Notes: a model not told the origin generated them from the sequence alone. 64,000 bases of DNA from Candidatus Parcubacteria bacterium (GCA_003599295.1 QZJK01000001.1:88-64087), one strand, 5' to 3'. Numbered from the stretch's first letter, positions 1-11,875 are shown. A program made the numbers and translations.

Positions 1-188
1 GCATTCGCGCGCAAGCGCGAATTCCTTTTTCTAACTCTCCCCCTTTCTCGGGTGAGGCGTGCGAGTAAGCGAAACTCGTTGAGGCATGTGTTTGACGGAG
101 ACTAGCGAGCGCGACGGCGCGAGCTCGAGGAAATTTCCAGCAGAAAATTATCCGTGCTCCGGAGAACATATGCCGAGAAAGAGTTTCG

Positions 189-1451
189 CTAGTACGAGCG
201 AAGTTGCTTGGCGCGCTCGTGGAAACGAATCCTCTCCAACGCTTTCGCTTCGATTTGGCGGATACGTTCGCGGGTGACGCCGAACTCGCGTCCCACTTCT
301 TCAAGCGTGTAGCAAATGCCTGCGTCGGTAAGACCGTTCCGCATTTCCAAAATTTTCCGCTCCTTCGGTGAAAGTTCGTCCAAAATCTCCGCCATCTGCT
401 CACCGAGGATTCGGCGCGATGCGTCCTGGTCCGGGCTTGCGATTGTATCGTCTGCGATGAAACTGCCGAGCGTTGAGCGCTCGTCGTCGTCTTCTCCCAC
501 AGGCGATTCGAGCGACACGGTGTCCTGATTGATTTTCTGTATGGTGTAGATTTTCTCCACCTCGATGCCCATTTCCGCAGCGATTTCTTCCGGAAGCGGA
601 TCGCGGCCCAAATGTTGGCTTAATTCCCTGACTTTTTGCTTGTATTTCGCGATAGTTTCCACCATGTGGACAGGAATACGGATGGTGCGCGATTGGTCTG
701 CAAGCGCGCGTGTGATTGCCTGACGAATCCACCATGTCGCGTACGTCGAGAACTTATAGCCCTTCGTGTAGTCGAATTTATCCACGGCCTTGAAAAGGCC
801 GAGGTTCCCTTCCTGAATGAGATCGAGAAGTGTGAGGTCGGGACTGCGGTTCACGTATTTCTTCGCGATGGAAACGACGAGACGGAGGTTGGAGCGCGCA
901 AGAATGCCGCGCGCTTCGTCGTCGCCGATCAAGATGCGCTTCGCCAATTCCTTTTCCTGATTGCCGTTCAAAAGCGGATACTGACCTATCTCCCGAAGAT
1001 ACATTTGCACGGAATCGAATCCGGCGTCCGCGCGGCGGTGCTGGAGCTTTTTCTTTTCCAAGACGGTGTCCGCGGAATTGTCTTCAAGCATGCCGCCGCC
1101 TTCCAAGACATCAATGCCCGCGGCGCTGAAGCGCTCATACATTTCTTCAAGGAGAAGCACGTTATCTTCGATGGTAGGGAACTCGCGGAGAATTTCGTCG
1201 TACGTGATGTAGCCGCGCTCGCGGCCGAGCGTGATGAGCGTGTCTACCTTCGAACGTTCTCTCCCGCGGGAAAGAAGGGTCTTGTGCGTGCGGGAAGTAG
1301 CTTTCTTGAATTTTTCCGCCGCGCGGGATCTTTTCGCGCTCTTTTTTGCTTTTGGCGCGGCGTGTTTTTTTGCATGCGAGCGAACGCGTTTAACGCGTTT
1401 CGATGCCGCTCGTTTTACTGCCTTCTTTTTCTTTTTTGTCTTTTTTGCCAT
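189..1451 (-). CDS. rpoD: RNA polymerase sigma-70 factor RpoD
   Basis: Sigma-70 region 2 motif [40 protein letters not shown]; regions 3/4 present; basic Lys-rich N-terminus; SD GGGGGAGGG upstream. Confidence 0.95.
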   Translation of the reverse strand: MAKKTKKKKKAVKRAASKRVKRVRSHAKKHAAPKAKKSAKRSRAAEKFKKATSRTHKTLLSRGRERSKVDTLITLGRERGYITYDEILREFPTIEDNVLLLEEMYERFSAAGIDVLEGGGMLEDNSADTVLEKKKLQHRRADAGFDSVQMYLREIGQYPLLNGNQEKELAKRILIGDDEARGILARSNLRLVVSIAKKYVNRSPDLTLLDLIQEGNLGLFKAVDKFDYTKGYKFSTYATWWIRQAITRALADQSRTIRIPVHMVETIAKYKQKVRELSQHLGRDPLPEEIAAEMGIEVEKIYTIQKINQDTVSLESPVGEDDDERSTLGSFIADDTIASPDQDASRRILGEQMAEILDELSPKERKILEMRNGLTDAGICYTLEEVGREFGVTRERIRQIEAKALERIRFHERAKQLRSY

Positions 1452-1561
1452 ATGACCGTGAAATAAGCCCTCCCCCTTGCAGGTAGACGGAAATCGTTTT
1501 CAAAAATTTCGCCTTTCCTTCCCCCGCCGTAGAATACGGCGGAAACGCGAAGCGGTTCACT

Positions 1562-3259
1562 TTACACCGAAGTATGAAGTTGCGCAATACGCGCTGTCAA
1601 CAGTTTAACCACAGACATATGCACAGCCGCCTCCCCGTCATTCCCCGCCCGTTCGGCTTCCTTGAGAGCCGTGGTCGCGGCGGCAAGCTTCTCGGATAGT
1701 TTTTCTCTAATGATGACCTGAAGAAGCGTTTCGACCTCCTGCTTGAAGCCGGAACTTTTTCCGTAGATGCGCTCGGCGGAAAAGCGGAGCGCCTCCTGTT
1801 CGCTTTCCGGGAGCGCGCGCAGTGCATCGAACTCTTCTTTGCCTACCGCTTCCGCAAATGCCTGTTTGTATTTCTCCACGTCTATCTCCGGCTTCTTCTG
1901 CGCCTCTTGCCACAAAAGTATCGAAAGCGCTTGGCGTGCTCTGTCGGAGAGACGCGTGGCCTCGGGCGGCGCGGCGTCGCTCGAAGCACCTTCCGGAGCC
2001 GTCGGCATCTTTGCGAGCGCCTCGGAGACGGCGCTTTCGGAGACGCTGAGCCGCGCCGCAATTTCCCTCACGTAGCTTTCACGCGCGATAGGGCTCGGGA
2101 CGTCGGAGAGGAACGGGAGAACGATTGTCTCCACGGCGCGGCGGAACGCATCCTTGTCCTTCGACTTGCTTTCAAGCACATCAAGCAGGAACACGATGAT
2201 GTCCTTGGATTCGCGGATTGTCTTGCTCCACGCATCCTTCCCCTCTTTTTGTATAAGATCGGCCGGGTCGAGCCCCGTGGGAAGCTGGGCGACTTTCACG
2301 TTTAAACCGCCCTGTAGAGCCGCTCGGGCCGCCCGTGCAGCCGCTTTGAACCCTGCTTCATCAGGGTCGAGGGCTATGACGAGATTGTCCGTCATACGGC
2401 GAATGAGTGCGCCATGCTCCGGCGTGAAGGCCGTCCCGGAGACGGCGACCGTGTTCGCCCACCCTGCCTGATGCGACGCCAAGAGGTCCATCTGCCCTTC
2501 TACCAAGACGGCACAGCTGTGTTTGCGCATCGCCTGTTTCGCTTTGTCGAACCCGTAGAGAATGCGCGATTTCCTGAAAAGCGGCGTTTCCGGCGAGTTC
2601 AAATACTTCGGCGCTTCGGGCGACACGTTCTCGCCAAAGATGCGCCCCGAAAAGCCGACGACGCGCCCCGCAGAATCCGCGATGGGGAACATGATGCGAT
2701 TCCTGAATTTATCAATGAGCCCCCTATCGCCTTTCTTGGCCAAACCCGCATCAATAATTTCCTTGTCGCTGAATTTCTTCTCCCGAAAATATTCCGATGC
2801 GTCGCTCCACGCCTCACCCGCAAATCCGAGCCGGAACAACCGTATCATCTCGTCGTCCAAGCCGCGCTCCTTCAAATACTTCTTCGCGGGCTCGCTCAAA
2901 CGCGACGTGTAGAAAATGGTGGCGGTTTCAAGCAGTTCGAAAAGTCGATCGCGTTCGTCCTTCTTTTCAGGCCGCTCGTACACGAGCGGCACGCCGGCTT
3001 TTTCCGCGAGCACTTTGAGCGCCCCCTTGAAATCCAATCCCTCTATTTGCTCGACGAACGAAAATATATCGCCGCCGAGATTGCAGCCAAAGCAGTGGTA
3101 TGTGCCGCGCTCCGGCGAGACGAAGAACGACGGCGTCCGCTCCGCATGGAACGGGCATCGCGCGCGAAAATTCTGTCCGCTCCGCTCGAGCTTCACGTAC
3201 TGCGAAATAACATCGACTATGGAGAGTCGGTCTTTTATCTGCTGAACAGTATCCGCCAT
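1562..3259 (-). CDS. dnaG: DNA primase DnaG
   Basis: CHC2 zinc finger CPFHAERTPSFFVSPERGTYHCFGC; Toprim EGQMDLL; sits next to rpoD as in the classic MMS operon. Confidence 0.93.
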   Translation of the reverse strand: MADTVQQIKDRLSIVDVISQYVKLERSGQNFRARCPFHAERTPSFFVSPERGTYHCFGCNLGGDIFSFVEQIEGLDFKGALKVLAEKAGVPLVYERPEKKDERDRLFELLETATIFYTSRLSEPAKKYLKERGLDDEMIRLFRLGFAGEAWSDASEYFREKKFSDKEIIDAGLAKKGDRGLIDKFRNRIMFPIADSAGRVVGFSGRIFGENVSPEAPKYLNSPETPLFRKSRILYGFDKAKQAMRKHSCAVLVEGQMDLLASHQAGWANTVAVSGTAFTPEHGALIRRMTDNLVIALDPDEAGFKAAARAARAALQGGLNVKVAQLPTGLDPADLIQKEGKDAWSKTIRESKDIIVFLLDVLESKSKDKDAFRRAVETIVLPFLSDVPSPIARESYVREIAARLSVSESAVSEALAKMPTAPEGASSDAAPPEATRLSDRARQALSILLWQEAQKKPEIDVEKYKQAFAEAVGKEEFDALRALPESEQEALRFSAERIYGKSSGFKQEVETLLQVIIREKLSEKLAAATTALKEAERAGNDGEAAVHMSVVKLLTARIAQLHTSV

Positions 3260-3281
3260 TTCTCTATTATGCTCCCATCTC

Positions 3282-3323
3282 TCATAAAAAGCATCGGGAG
3301 GCGGGCCATCGCGGCGCGCCTCC
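3282..3323 (-). terminator. Putative intrinsic terminator downstream of uppS-like gene
   Basis: Hairpin GGGAGGCG-N11-CGCCTCCC followed, on the minus strand, by TGCTTTTTAT. Confidence 0.4.
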
Positions 3324-3331
3324 CTGAAGTC

Positions 3332-4051
3332 TCACTTGCCGAAGTTCCGCGGTTGTTTCTCGAACCATTCGAGCGCCGCGCGGAATTCACGGTGTGTTAA
3401 ATCCGGCCAGAGCGTAGCCGTGTAATACATCTCGGCGTAGCTCAACTGGAACGGAAGAAAGCCGCTAAAGCGATTCTCGCCCCCCGTTCTGATGAGAAGG
3501 TCGACACGTGGCACGCCGCCGGAAAGCAGGTACCGCTCCGGCTCTAACTCAACATCTGCGAACCCACGGCTCTTCAGGGCCTGGAAAAGAGGTTTCAGTT
3601 CGTGCTCTGGGAGCCCGGAGTAGTTCGCCGCGACATGGACAACGAAATCGTGCCGGTCGTGGTGCTCCGAACCGTTCAAGCGCTTCAACCGTTCATAGAG
3701 CGGTGCGTACTTCTCGACATCCTTGAATTCCTCGATGTGGCCGAACGCGTGGACGTGACCGACTAAGCCGATCACATCGAGAAAGCGGATAGCGCCCTTC
3801 ATGAGAGAATCGATCTCGAAGTCGGACCTGTTCTTCATGTTCTCGCAGGAGAGGCCGAAAAAGGTGACGTGGCGCACTCCCTGCTTCTTCGCCCAGCGGG
3901 TGACGCGAAGCGCTTGAGCGGCTCCTTTTATATAGCCGGTTTCGAGCGATATCGCGCGTTGCGCGCTACCCCGTCGGTTTCCATTCGGGATAATAGCAAT
4001 GTGATTCGGAATCTTGCTCACGTTCCCTCCTCGCGCGGTTTTGCCGCACAC
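3332..4051 (-). CDS. uppS: cis-prenyltransferase (undecaprenyl diphosphate synthase family), divergent active-site motif
   Basis: HIAIIPNGNRRGS aligns to UppS HVAIIMDGNGRWA; FGLSCENMKNR matches FSSENWNRP; LLIRTGGENRFSGFLPFQ matches RTGGExRxSNFLLWQ. The canonical Asp of MDGN is Asn here. Confidence 0.8.
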   Translation of the reverse strand: MCGKTARGGNVSKIPNHIAIIPNGNRRGSAQRAISLETGYIKGAAQALRVTRWAKKQGVRHVTFFGLSCENMKNRSDFEIDSLMKGAIRFLDVIGLVGHVHAFGHIEEFKDVEKYAPLYERLKRLNGSEHHDRHDFVVHVAANYSGLPEHELKPLFQALKSRGFADVELEPERYLLSGGVPRVDLLIRTGGENRFSGFLPFQLSYAEMYYTATLWPDLTHREFRAALEWFEKQPRNFGK

Positions 4052-4108
4052 ATTAAGACCAGTGCTTTAGGCACCTTAATCTAAGGCGAGGGTCGCGTCA
4101 AAACGCTC

Positions 4109-7100
4109 TTACCGCTCCATCGAGTCCTTTTGCTTCTGGGATTCGGGAACTTCTACGGGTGCGATTTCCGCGAGGTCGCGCTCCATCTGCTCTATCATTT
4201 CGTGCTTCTTCGAACCAGGGAAACCGGTGCCTGCAGGGATGAGGCGGCCGATGATGACGTTCTCCTTGAGGCCGATGAGGCGGTCTACGGCGCCGGAAAC
4301 AGCAGCTTCGGCGAGCTTCCTCGGTGTGTTCTGGAATGAAATTGCGGAGAGGAACGATGCGCGTGTGAGAGACACTTCGGTGATGCCGAGGAGAAGCTGT
4401 TTCGCCTTCGCCGGCTCGCCGCCCGCGTCTTTTTGATTCTTGTTGATGCGGTCAAATTCGAAATCTGCGATTATCTCTCCTGCCGACACGCCCGTGTCGC
4501 CGGAGTGCGAGACCGCTACGCGGCTGAACATTTGCTTCACGATTATTTCCAAGTGTTTGCGCGCGGTCGAAACGCCCTGCAATTCGTAAATGCGGGTGAT
4601 TTCGCCGATGATGTATTCCTGCGCCTGCTCTTTGCCGCCGAGCGTGAAGATGTCTTCAAGGTCCGCGGAACCGTCCGTCATGAAGTCTCCCTTTTCCACG
4701 TGCGCGCCTTCTTTGACGATAATGGTGCGGAGAGGGTGTATGCGATATTCGGTGTCGCGCTTCGCGGCCTTGGCAGATTTCCCTACCGAACCTCCGTCCG
4801 GAAGTATCGTTATGACCGTCTCGATGCCGTCTTTCGCCATGCCAGAAACAGTGCCGGAAACGCGCGCGATGGTAGCGGGCGCCTTCGGCATGCGGCATTC
4901 GAACACTTCTTCAACGCGCGGCAGACCCATGGTGATGTCGCCGCCAACGGTCGCAACGCCACCCGTGTGGAAGGTACGCATAGTGAGCTGGGTTCCCGGT
5001 TCACCGATAGCTTGCGCCGCGATGACGCCGACCGCTTCACCGACATCCACTAATTCTCCTGTGGTGAGGTCCATACCGTAGCACTTCTGACAGACGCCGC
5101 GTGCCACTTTGCAGGTCATCGGAGAACGCACTTCAACTTCCTGAATATCGCTTGCTTCGATGTTCTTTGCGTCATCACGGGAGATGAGCGCGTTGCGTTT
5201 CAAGTTACCGGCTTCTTTGGCAAGTACGCGTCCCATGACACGGTCTGCGAACGAGCCGCCGATGTTCTCACGCCCCGGGCGATTGATGACAATGCCCTCT
5301 TTGGTGCCACAGTCGTCCTCAAGAATGACGACGTCGTGCGCCACGTCGAAGAGGCGGCGCGTAAGGTAGCCTGCGCGCGCGGTGTTGAGCGCGGTGTCGG
5401 CAAGACCCTTTCTCGCGCCGTGGGTCGAGATGAAGTATTCGATAGGCGTAAGGCCCTCTTTAAGCGAGGACGTGATAGGGAACTCGATGATCTCTCCGCG
5501 CGGGTTCGTGATGAGGCCTTTCATGCCGGCCATCTGGTGCAGCTGAACGGCGCTACCACGGGCTCCGGAGGTTATCATGTCGTGCACGGGACCCTGTCTA
5601 TCAAGTGATTCGATGACTTGCTTCCTAAGGTCATTCGATACTTTGCCCCAGATCTCTATCGTCATGCGGCGCCGCTCCATCTCGGTCAAAAGTCCGTTCG
5701 AGAAGTTCTCCTGCTCGCGCGCAGCCGCTTCGCGGCCGGCCTGAACAAGCTCTTCTTTGATTCCCGGCGTGATGACGTCGGAAATTGACCATGTGATGCC
5801 GGCGTGTGTCGCGTAGCGGAAGCCGAACGCCTTTATCTTGTCGAGAATGCCCGGCAAGCTGTCGAGTTTGTAGTGCGCTACAAGGTCGTGGACAAGTGCT
5901 CCCATTCGTTTGTTGGTTATTTCTTCGTTCACGAACGGGAAATCAGAGGGGAGTACCGAGTTGAACAAAAGCCTGCCGACGGTCGTCTCGAACACGTTGC
6001 CTCCGAACTGCTCGTATTTCTTGCTGTCGCCCGGAAGGACTTTTATCTTTGCGCGAAGGTCAATGACGCCGAAATCGCAGGCGGTGATGGCCGCGTTCGT
6101 CGAAGGCATCGCCTTCCCCTCGCCTTTTGCGCCGACGACCGTCTTCGTCATCCAGTAGCAGCCGAGCACGATGTCGAGGAGCTTCGATGCGACGACGACG
6201 TCGCCGCTTCCCGGCTTCAAGACGTTCTTATTCGCGGACATTATGTTCGCGGCTTCCATCTGTGCGGCTTCAGAGAGCGGCACGTGGACGGCCATCGCGT
6301 CGCCATCGAAGTCGGCGTTGTATGCCGGACAGACCAACGGGTGCACCTGAATAGCGTTGCCTTCGATAAGGACCGGGCGGAAGGCCTGAATGGATTGACG
6401 GTGAAGCGTCGGGGCGCGGTTCAAGAGCACATATTTATCTTTGATAGCTTCTTCGAGAATGGGCCACACTTCCGGAGCTTCGTCTTCGATGAGGCGCCCT
6501 GCGCCGCGGATGTTGTATGCGAGTTCGCGCGCGAGAAGTCCCTGAATGACGAACGGGCGGAAAAGTTCCAAGACCATGTGCTTCGGAAGACCGCACTCGT
6601 CGAGCGCCAAGTCCGGGCCGACGACGATGACGGAACGGCCCGAGTAGTCAACGCGTTTGCCGAGAAGGTTCTGGCGGAGGTAGCCGTGCTTTCCTTTGAG
6701 ATAATCAGCGAGCGATTTGAGTGCGCGGCGGCGGCCTCCGAGGATTCCCAAGATGCCGCTCCCGCGGCGCATGGAATTGTCGAGGAGCGCGTCCACAGCT
6801 TCCTGCAGAATGCGCTTTTCGTTGCGGAGGATGACTTCCGGCGCGTGAATGGCCTGCAAGCGCTTCAAACGGTTGTTTCTGTTGATGACGCGGCGATAGA
6901 GGTCGTTCAGGTCGCTTGATGCGTGGCGGCCTCCTTCAAGCGCGACCATGGGGCGAAGCGCGGGCGGCACCACAGGAAGGCGCGTCAAGAACATCCATTC
7001 GGGGCGCACATCGGCGCGGCGGAGCGCCTCGGCGAGCGCAACGCGTTTCCTAAGCTTGTCGCGCCCTGCGGCTCCGGATTCCGCGTACTCTTTCTTCAAG

Positions 7101-7804
7101 CGCTCGATGAATGCCTCTACGTCTATCTGTTTCAAAATATTGAAGAGCGCCTCGGCGCCGATGGATGCCCGAAACATCGCGCCGTACTTGACCGCGAAGA
7201 GGTGATACGCGGCTTCGTCGAGAACTGCGCCTTCGCGGATGGATTCAATCTCCTTCTTCGCTTTTTGCGCTTTGTCCTTGAGTTCGGTCTTCACCTCGGC
7301 GCTCGCAGCGGATTTCGTCTTCGTCTGGAATTCCTGATCGAGTTCCTTGAGAAGGCGCGTGCGCTCCTGCTCGTTCACGGATGTGACGATGTAGCCCGCG
7401 AAATAGACGACCTTCTCGACTTCCGCGGCGGAAAGTCCGAGAAGCAGCGCTATGCGCGATGGAATGCCGCGGAGGAACCAAATGTGCGCGACCGGGGTCG
7501 CGAGGTCGATGTGGCCCATGCGCTCGCGGCGCACGACCGCGCGCGTTATCTCGACGCCGCACTTTTCGCAGACGATGCCGCGGAAGCGGATGCCGCGGTA
7601 CTTGCCGCAATAACATTCGTAATCTTTTTCAGGTCCGAACACGCGCTCGTCGAAGAGACCGTTCTTCTCGGGGCGCTGGGTGCGGTAGTTGATGGTCTCC
7701 GGCTTCGTTATCTCGCCGAAACTCCACTCTTGGATGCGCTCAGGCGAAGCAAGCCGCATTGCGACAGCTGCAAAATCAGCCGGTATGACGTCTTTCTTTT
7801 TCAT
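4109..7804 (-). CDS. rpoC: DNA-directed RNA polymerase subunit beta' RpoC
   Basis: [16 protein letters not shown] catalytic motif; 1231 aa; ATGA overlap with the upstream rpoB stop. Confidence 0.97.
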   Translation of the reverse strand: MKKKDVIPADFAAVAMRLASPERIQEWSFGEITKPETINYRTQRPEKNGLFDERVFGPEKDYECYCGKYRGIRFRGIVCEKCGVEITRAVVRRERMGHIDLATPVAHIWFLRGIPSRIALLLGLSAAEVEKVVYFAGYIVTSVNEQERTRLLKELDQEFQTKTKSAASAEVKTELKDKAQKAKKEIESIREGAVLDEAAYHLFAVKYGAMFRASIGAEALFNILKQIDVEAFIERLKKEYAESGAAGRDKLRKRVALAEALRRADVRPEWMFLTRLPVVPPALRPMVALEGGRHASSDLNDLYRRVINRNNRLKRLQAIHAPEVILRNEKRILQEAVDALLDNSMRRGSGILGILGGRRRALKSLADYLKGKHGYLRQNLLGKRVDYSGRSVIVVGPDLALDECGLPKHMVLELFRPFVIQGLLARELAYNIRGAGRLIEDEAPEVWPILEEAIKDKYVLLNRAPTLHRQSIQAFRPVLIEGNAIQVHPLVCPAYNADFDGDAMAVHVPLSEAAQMEAANIMSANKNVLKPGSGDVVVASKLLDIVLGCYWMTKTVVGAKGEGKAMPSTNAAITACDFGVIDLRAKIKVLPGDSKKYEQFGGNVFETTVGRLLFNSVLPSDFPFVNEEITNKRMGALVHDLVAHYKLDSLPGILDKIKAFGFRYATHAGITWSISDVITPGIKEELVQAGREAAAREQENFSNGLLTEMERRRMTIEIWGKVSNDLRKQVIESLDRQGPVHDMITSGARGSAVQLHQMAGMKGLITNPRGEIIEFPITSSLKEGLTPIEYFISTHGARKGLADTALNTARAGYLTRRLFDVAHDVVILEDDCGTKEGIVINRPGRENIGGSFADRVMGRVLAKEAGNLKRNALISRDDAKNIEASDIQEVEVRSPMTCKVARGVCQKCYGMDLTTGELVDVGEAVGVIAAQAIGEPGTQLTMRTFHTGGVATVGGDITMGLPRVEEVFECRMPKAPATIARVSGTVSGMAKDGIETVITILPDGGSVGKSAKAAKRDTEYRIHPLRTIIVKEGAHVEKGDFMTDGSADLEDIFTLGGKEQAQEYIIGEITRIYELQGVSTARKHLEIIVKQMFSRVAVSHSGDTGVSAGEIIADFEFDRINKNQKDAGGEPAKAKQLLLGITEVSLTRASFLSAISFQNTPRKLAEAAVSGAVDRLIGLKENVIIGRLIPAGTGFPGSKKHEMIEQMERDLAEIAPVEVPESQKQKDSMER

Positions 7805-10800
7805 ATGCGTATGTTCTTAGCTCCTTCCCCCTCCACGAATTCGATGTCGATACCAAGCCCGCGGAGGTGCCGGACGAGGACGTTAAAGGTCGCGGGTGTG
7901 TGTGATTCCTCGATGCGCTTTCCGGAAACGATGGCATCGAATGCCGCCGAACGGCCGAGGATGTCGTCGGATTTGATGGTGAGGATTTCGCGCAAGCTGT
8001 ATGCGGCGCCGTAGCCGAGGAACGCCCAGACTTCCATTTCTCCGACCCTCTGGCCTCCGTTCTGCGCCTTGCCGCCGAGAGGCTGCTGCGTCGTCAAGGA
8101 GTACGGACCGATGGAGCGCATGTGTATCTTGTCTTCCACCATGTGGTGAAGTTTCAGCATGTACATGACGCCGACAGAAACAGGCTGAGCGAAGGCTTCA
8201 CCCGTGCGGCCGTCAAAGAGAACGCGCTTGCCGTTTTCCGCGACGCCGGCCTCTTTGAGTTCGTTCCGGATCTCCTCTTCCGAGGCACCCGAGAACGACG
8301 GTACGATGGCCTGGTAGCCGAGCATTTCCGCCGCGAGTCCCAAGTGCAGTTCGAGTATCTGCCCCAAGTTCATACGGGAAGGCACGCCGAGCGGGGTCAA
8401 AATGATGTCCACCGGGTTGCCCTCCTCATCGAACGGCATGTCTTCCTCCGGAAGCACGCGTGAGATGACTCCCTTGTTGCCGTGGCGGCCGGCGAGCTTG
8501 TCGCCGACGGAAATGGTGCGCAATTGGGCGACTTCGACATGCACGCGCGAGATGACGCCACTTTCGAGTTGGTCGCCGTTCTCGCGGGAGAATATTTTGA
8601 CGCCAACGACGCGGCCGCGTTTGCCGCCTTCCATGCGAAGCGACGTGTCTTTCACGTCCTTCGCTTTTTCGCCGAAGATGGCGTGGAGCAGACGCTCTTC
8701 AGGGGTCAATTGAGTCTCGCCTTTCGGCGTTACTTTGCCGACCAAGATGTCGCCGGGCCTGACTTCCGCGCCAATGCGAACGACTCCTTCTTCATCCAAA
8801 TTGCGGAGCTTGAACTCGCTGACGTTCGGAATGTCGTGCGTTGTCACCTCGGGCCCAAGCTTCGTGTCGCGAACGACGCACACGAATTCCTCCATGTGGA
8901 TAGAGGTGAAGCGAGCCTCTTTCGCCAGCTTCTCGGAAATGACGATGGCGTCCTCGAAGTTCGCGCCGAACCACGGCAAGAATGCGACGCGGACGTTCTG
9001 CCCTATCGCAAGTTGGCCTCCTGCAGATGTCGAGGCGTCTGCGATGACGGCGCCTTTTTTGACGTTGTCGCCGACGGAAACGGCCGGCCGCTGATGGAAG
9101 GTCGTGAAGCCGTTGGTACGCGAGAAATTGACGAGCGTGTACTCTTTCGTTTTGCCGCTTGAATTCTTTATGGATATTTTCTGCGCGTCCGCGTACGTTA
9201 CTTCTCCCGCTTCTTCGGCAAGAATGACGCGGCCGGAATCGCGAGCCGCTGCGGCTTCAACGCCCGTTGCGACCACGGGGGCCTCGGGTGTGACCAAGGG
9301 GACAGCCTGCTTTTGCATGTTCGAACCCATTAAGGCACGGTTCGCGTCGTCGTTCTCGACGAACGGGATGAGTGATGTCGCAACGGAGAACGGCTGGTTC
9401 GGCGAGACTTCCATGTAGTCAACGTTCTCGCGGCGCACCAAGGTCGGTTTCCCTTCTTTGCGGACGCCGACGATTTTCTCCACCAAACGCCCGTTCCCTT
9501 CGCGCGGGACCGCGGCGTGCGCTATCGCATACTGCTCTTCCTCGAGCGCATTCAAATAGACTATTTTGTCGGTCACGATGCCCTTCTCGACTTTTGCGTA
9601 CGGCGTCTCCATGATGCCGAATTCGTTCGGACGAGCGTACAAAGACATGTGAAGCACGAGTCCGATGTTCTTTCCTTCCGGCGTGTGAATAGGGCAGACG
9701 CGGCCGTAGTGCGATGAGTGCACGTCGCGGACCTCGAGCCCTGCGCGCTCGCTGGTCAATCCTCCGCGGCCCAAAGTCGAAAGGGTGCGCAAGTGCTCTA
9801 TCTCATCAAGAATGTTGTATTGCTGCATCAACTGCGAAAGCTGGTCGGTCGTGAAAAATTCGCGGATGGCAGCTTGGAACGGGCGCGGGTTCACGAATTG
9901 GACGGGGAGCGTCGTCTCGACGTCCACCATCGCCATTCTGTCCTGAATGTTCCGCTTCATGCGCGAGAGGCCGACGCGCATCCTCTGCTCCAAAAGCTCG
10001 CCGACGAAACGGACGCGGCGGAAGCCGAGGTGGTCGATGTCGTCAGGCGTTGCGCCCGGGTCGGCGTTCAATTCTGCGATGTGGTTCACGATGCGGACGA
10101 TATCCTCAAGACCGAGCGTTGCATTCGAAAGCTCCTTCTCTGTTGTGGGAAGTCCGAAGCGGCGGTTGAAATGGAAACGGCCGACGCGCGAGAAATCGTA
10201 TCGCTCGGGAGAAAGTATGGCGTCTACGTGCGTACGCGCGCTCTCGGGAGTCGCGATGTCTCCGTCGCGAAGCCTTCGGTATATCTCGACGTACGCTTCT
10301 TCCGGCTGTTTTGCGTTGTCGTGCTCAAGGGTCGCTGCGACGGCATCGTGCCCCGCGCCCTTGAATCGTCCGAGCATCTCTTTGTCGGTCGCGAGTCCGA
10401 GAACCCGGAGAAGGGAAGTCACGGGGAAGCGGCGCTTCCTGTCTATCTTTACGTAAATGCCGCCGTCCGGATCGGATTCGATTTCGACCCACACGCCGCG
10501 GGCGGGGATTATCTTCGCCGCAAAATAATTCTTTGCTTTGTAGGGGATCGCTTCGAAGAAGACACCATAAGAGCGGGCAAGCTGCGGAACGATGATGCGC
10601 TCAACGCCGTTGATGATGAACGTGCCGTGCGCGGTCATCCACGGAAAGTCCGCAAGGAAAATTTCCTGCTCTTTTTCGGAGCCGGTCGTTTTGTTCTTGA
10701 GCTTCACCACCATCGAAAGCGGCGCCTCATACGTGCGCATCGTCCGCTTCGCGTAGTGTTCATCCCAGCGCAGGTCGGCAAAGGAAAACTTCACGAGCTT

Positions 10801-10983
10801 CAGTTCGAACTTCTTTCCGGAGTGATCGGAAATGGGGGAAAATTCCTTGAAGACGCGCTCCGCGCCGCCCTCCACGAATTCGCGGAAAGAGGCGAGTTGG
10901 CTGTCCACCAGATTCGGCAATTTCACCAGCGGTTCCTGAAATCGTGCGAAGTATTTTTGCGGCCTGTGCTTCGTTTTTGCCAT
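7801..10983 (-). CDS. rpoB: DNA-directed RNA polymerase subunit beta RpoB
   Basis: 1060 aa with conserved beta-subunit blocks (e.g. GRHGNKGVISRV, LGQILELHLG); gene order rpoB-rpoC. Confidence 0.97.
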   Translation of the reverse strand: MAKTKHRPQKYFARFQEPLVKLPNLVDSQLASFREFVEGGAERVFKEFSPISDHSGKKFELKLVKFSFADLRWDEHYAKRTMRTYEAPLSMVVKLKNKTTGSEKEQEIFLADFPWMTAHGTFIINGVERIIVPQLARSYGVFFEAIPYKAKNYFAAKIIPARGVWVEIESDPDGGIYVKIDRKRRFPVTSLLRVLGLATDKEMLGRFKGAGHDAVAATLEHDNAKQPEEAYVEIYRRLRDGDIATPESARTHVDAILSPERYDFSRVGRFHFNRRFGLPTTEKELSNATLGLEDIVRIVNHIAELNADPGATPDDIDHLGFRRVRFVGELLEQRMRVGLSRMKRNIQDRMAMVDVETTLPVQFVNPRPFQAAIREFFTTDQLSQLMQQYNILDEIEHLRTLSTLGRGGLTSERAGLEVRDVHSSHYGRVCPIHTPEGKNIGLVLHMSLYARPNEFGIMETPYAKVEKGIVTDKIVYLNALEEEQYAIAHAAVPREGNGRLVEKIVGVRKEGKPTLVRRENVDYMEVSPNQPFSVATSLIPFVENDDANRALMGSNMQKQAVPLVTPEAPVVATGVEAAAARDSGRVILAEEAGEVTYADAQKISIKNSSGKTKEYTLVNFSRTNGFTTFHQRPAVSVGDNVKKGAVIADASTSAGGQLAIGQNVRVAFLPWFGANFEDAIVISEKLAKEARFTSIHMEEFVCVVRDTKLGPEVTTHDIPNVSEFKLRNLDEEGVVRIGAEVRPGDILVGKVTPKGETQLTPEERLLHAIFGEKAKDVKDTSLRMEGGKRGRVVGVKIFSRENGDQLESGVISRVHVEVAQLRTISVGDKLAGRHGNKGVISRVLPEEDMPFDEEGNPVDIILTPLGVPSRMNLGQILELHLGLAAEMLGYQAIVPSFSGASEEEIRNELKEAGVAENGKRVLFDGRTGEAFAQPVSVGVMYMLKLHHMVEDKIHMRSIGPYSLTTQQPLGGKAQNGGQRVGEMEVWAFLGYGAAYSLREILTIKSDDILGRSAAFDAIVSGKRIEESHTPATFNVLVRHLRGLGIDIEFVEGEGAKNIRI

Positions 10984-11221
10984 TGTGATAACAAGATACC
11001 CGTACGGCGCGGGAGCGTCGCAGGTTTGAGCGCGTTATTAAATTTTTTGCATCGAAAGCATCGCAAACTAATACTGCCGATGCCGACTCGCCGAATTGGC
11101 AAGTGTTTCTTCACTAAAAGCGCATCCGGAACTCAATCAAGCTAGTAGCAAATACCGCGGGATTTTATCATCCCCCGCTTCCCCGTCAAGCTTGACATGA
11201 GCTCAAGATTGTTGTCTATCG

Positions 11222-11875
11222 CTATTTTGAGGTTTTTCCGCCCTTCTTCCCTATTTTCCAAGCATCGATATTCGCGTGATGTCCGGACAAAAGCACTTTC
11301 GGTACGCGGTATTTTTTCCCCTTCCACGCAAGCACTTCGGGGCGCGTGTAGACTTTCGGACTCGATACGCGCGAACGTTCGAGCGATTCCGCTTTTCCAA
11401 GAACGCCGGGAACGAAGCGCGACACGGCGTCGATGAGCGCCGCCGCCGGAAGTTCTCCGCCGGTCAACACGAACGGCCCCATGGAGATTTTTTTCGCTTT
11501 AAGAATGGAGGCGACGCGCTCGTCCACTCCTTCGTAGTGCCCGCAAATAAGAAGAATGTCTTTTTGTTTCGAGAATTTCTTCGCAAGGATCTCGCTGAAT
11601 TGCTCGCCATCCGTTGAAAAGAATATGTTCGCCGAGCGCTTCTTCCCCACCGCTTTTTCCGCTGCCCGCAGCATCGCATCCGGTTCTAAGACCATGCCGG
11701 GCCCCCCGCCGTACGGACGCCGGTCTACGCGTCCGTATTTATCGCGCGTGAACTTCTTCGGGTCGTAGAATGAGATCTTTACCTTTTTATCCTTCTGTGC
11801 GCGGCCGAGTATAGAGCTTTTCAGGTAGGGTTCGATAGCCTCCGGAAAGAGGGTGATGATATGGAAATGGAGCAT
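11222..11875 (-). CDS. trmD: tRNA (guanine37-N1)-methyltransferase TrmD
   Basis: N-terminus MLHFHIITLFPE...; SPOUT-type motifs (LICGHYEGVDERV, GGELPA). Confidence 0.9.
   Translation of the reverse strand: MLHFHIITLFPEAIEPYLKSSILGRAQKDKKVKISFYDPKKFTRDKYGRVDRRPYGGGPGMVLEPDAMLRAAEKAVGKKRSANIFFSTDGEQFSEILAKKFSKQKDILLICGHYEGVDERVASILKAKKISMGPFVLTGGELPAAALIDAVSRFVPGVLGKAESLERSRVSSPKVYTRPEVLAWKGKKYRVPKVLLSGHHANIDAWKIGKKGGKTSK

Noticed and set aside
86-277. Small + strand ORF overlapping the 3' end of rpoD
   Set aside because: It overlaps the conserved sigma-70 C-terminus coding region on the opposite strand, with no motif support.
1524-1542. Hairpin CCGCCGT-agaat-ACGGCGG between dnaG and rpoD as a terminator/attenuator
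   Set aside because: The T-tract is about 20 nt away from the stem. This is more likely incidental or part of the rpoD promoter/leader.
5804-6919. Long antisense ORFs opposite rpoC, rpoB, gyrB, dnaE, smc and the giant gene in the six-frame track (examples 5804-6919+, 9718-11145+, 18015-19457-, 19596-20360-, 13783-14556+, 37961-38569+)
   Set aside because: They lie entirely inside strongly supported conserved genes on the other strand. Long open antisense frames are expected in high-GC sequence, and they carry no recognisable motifs.
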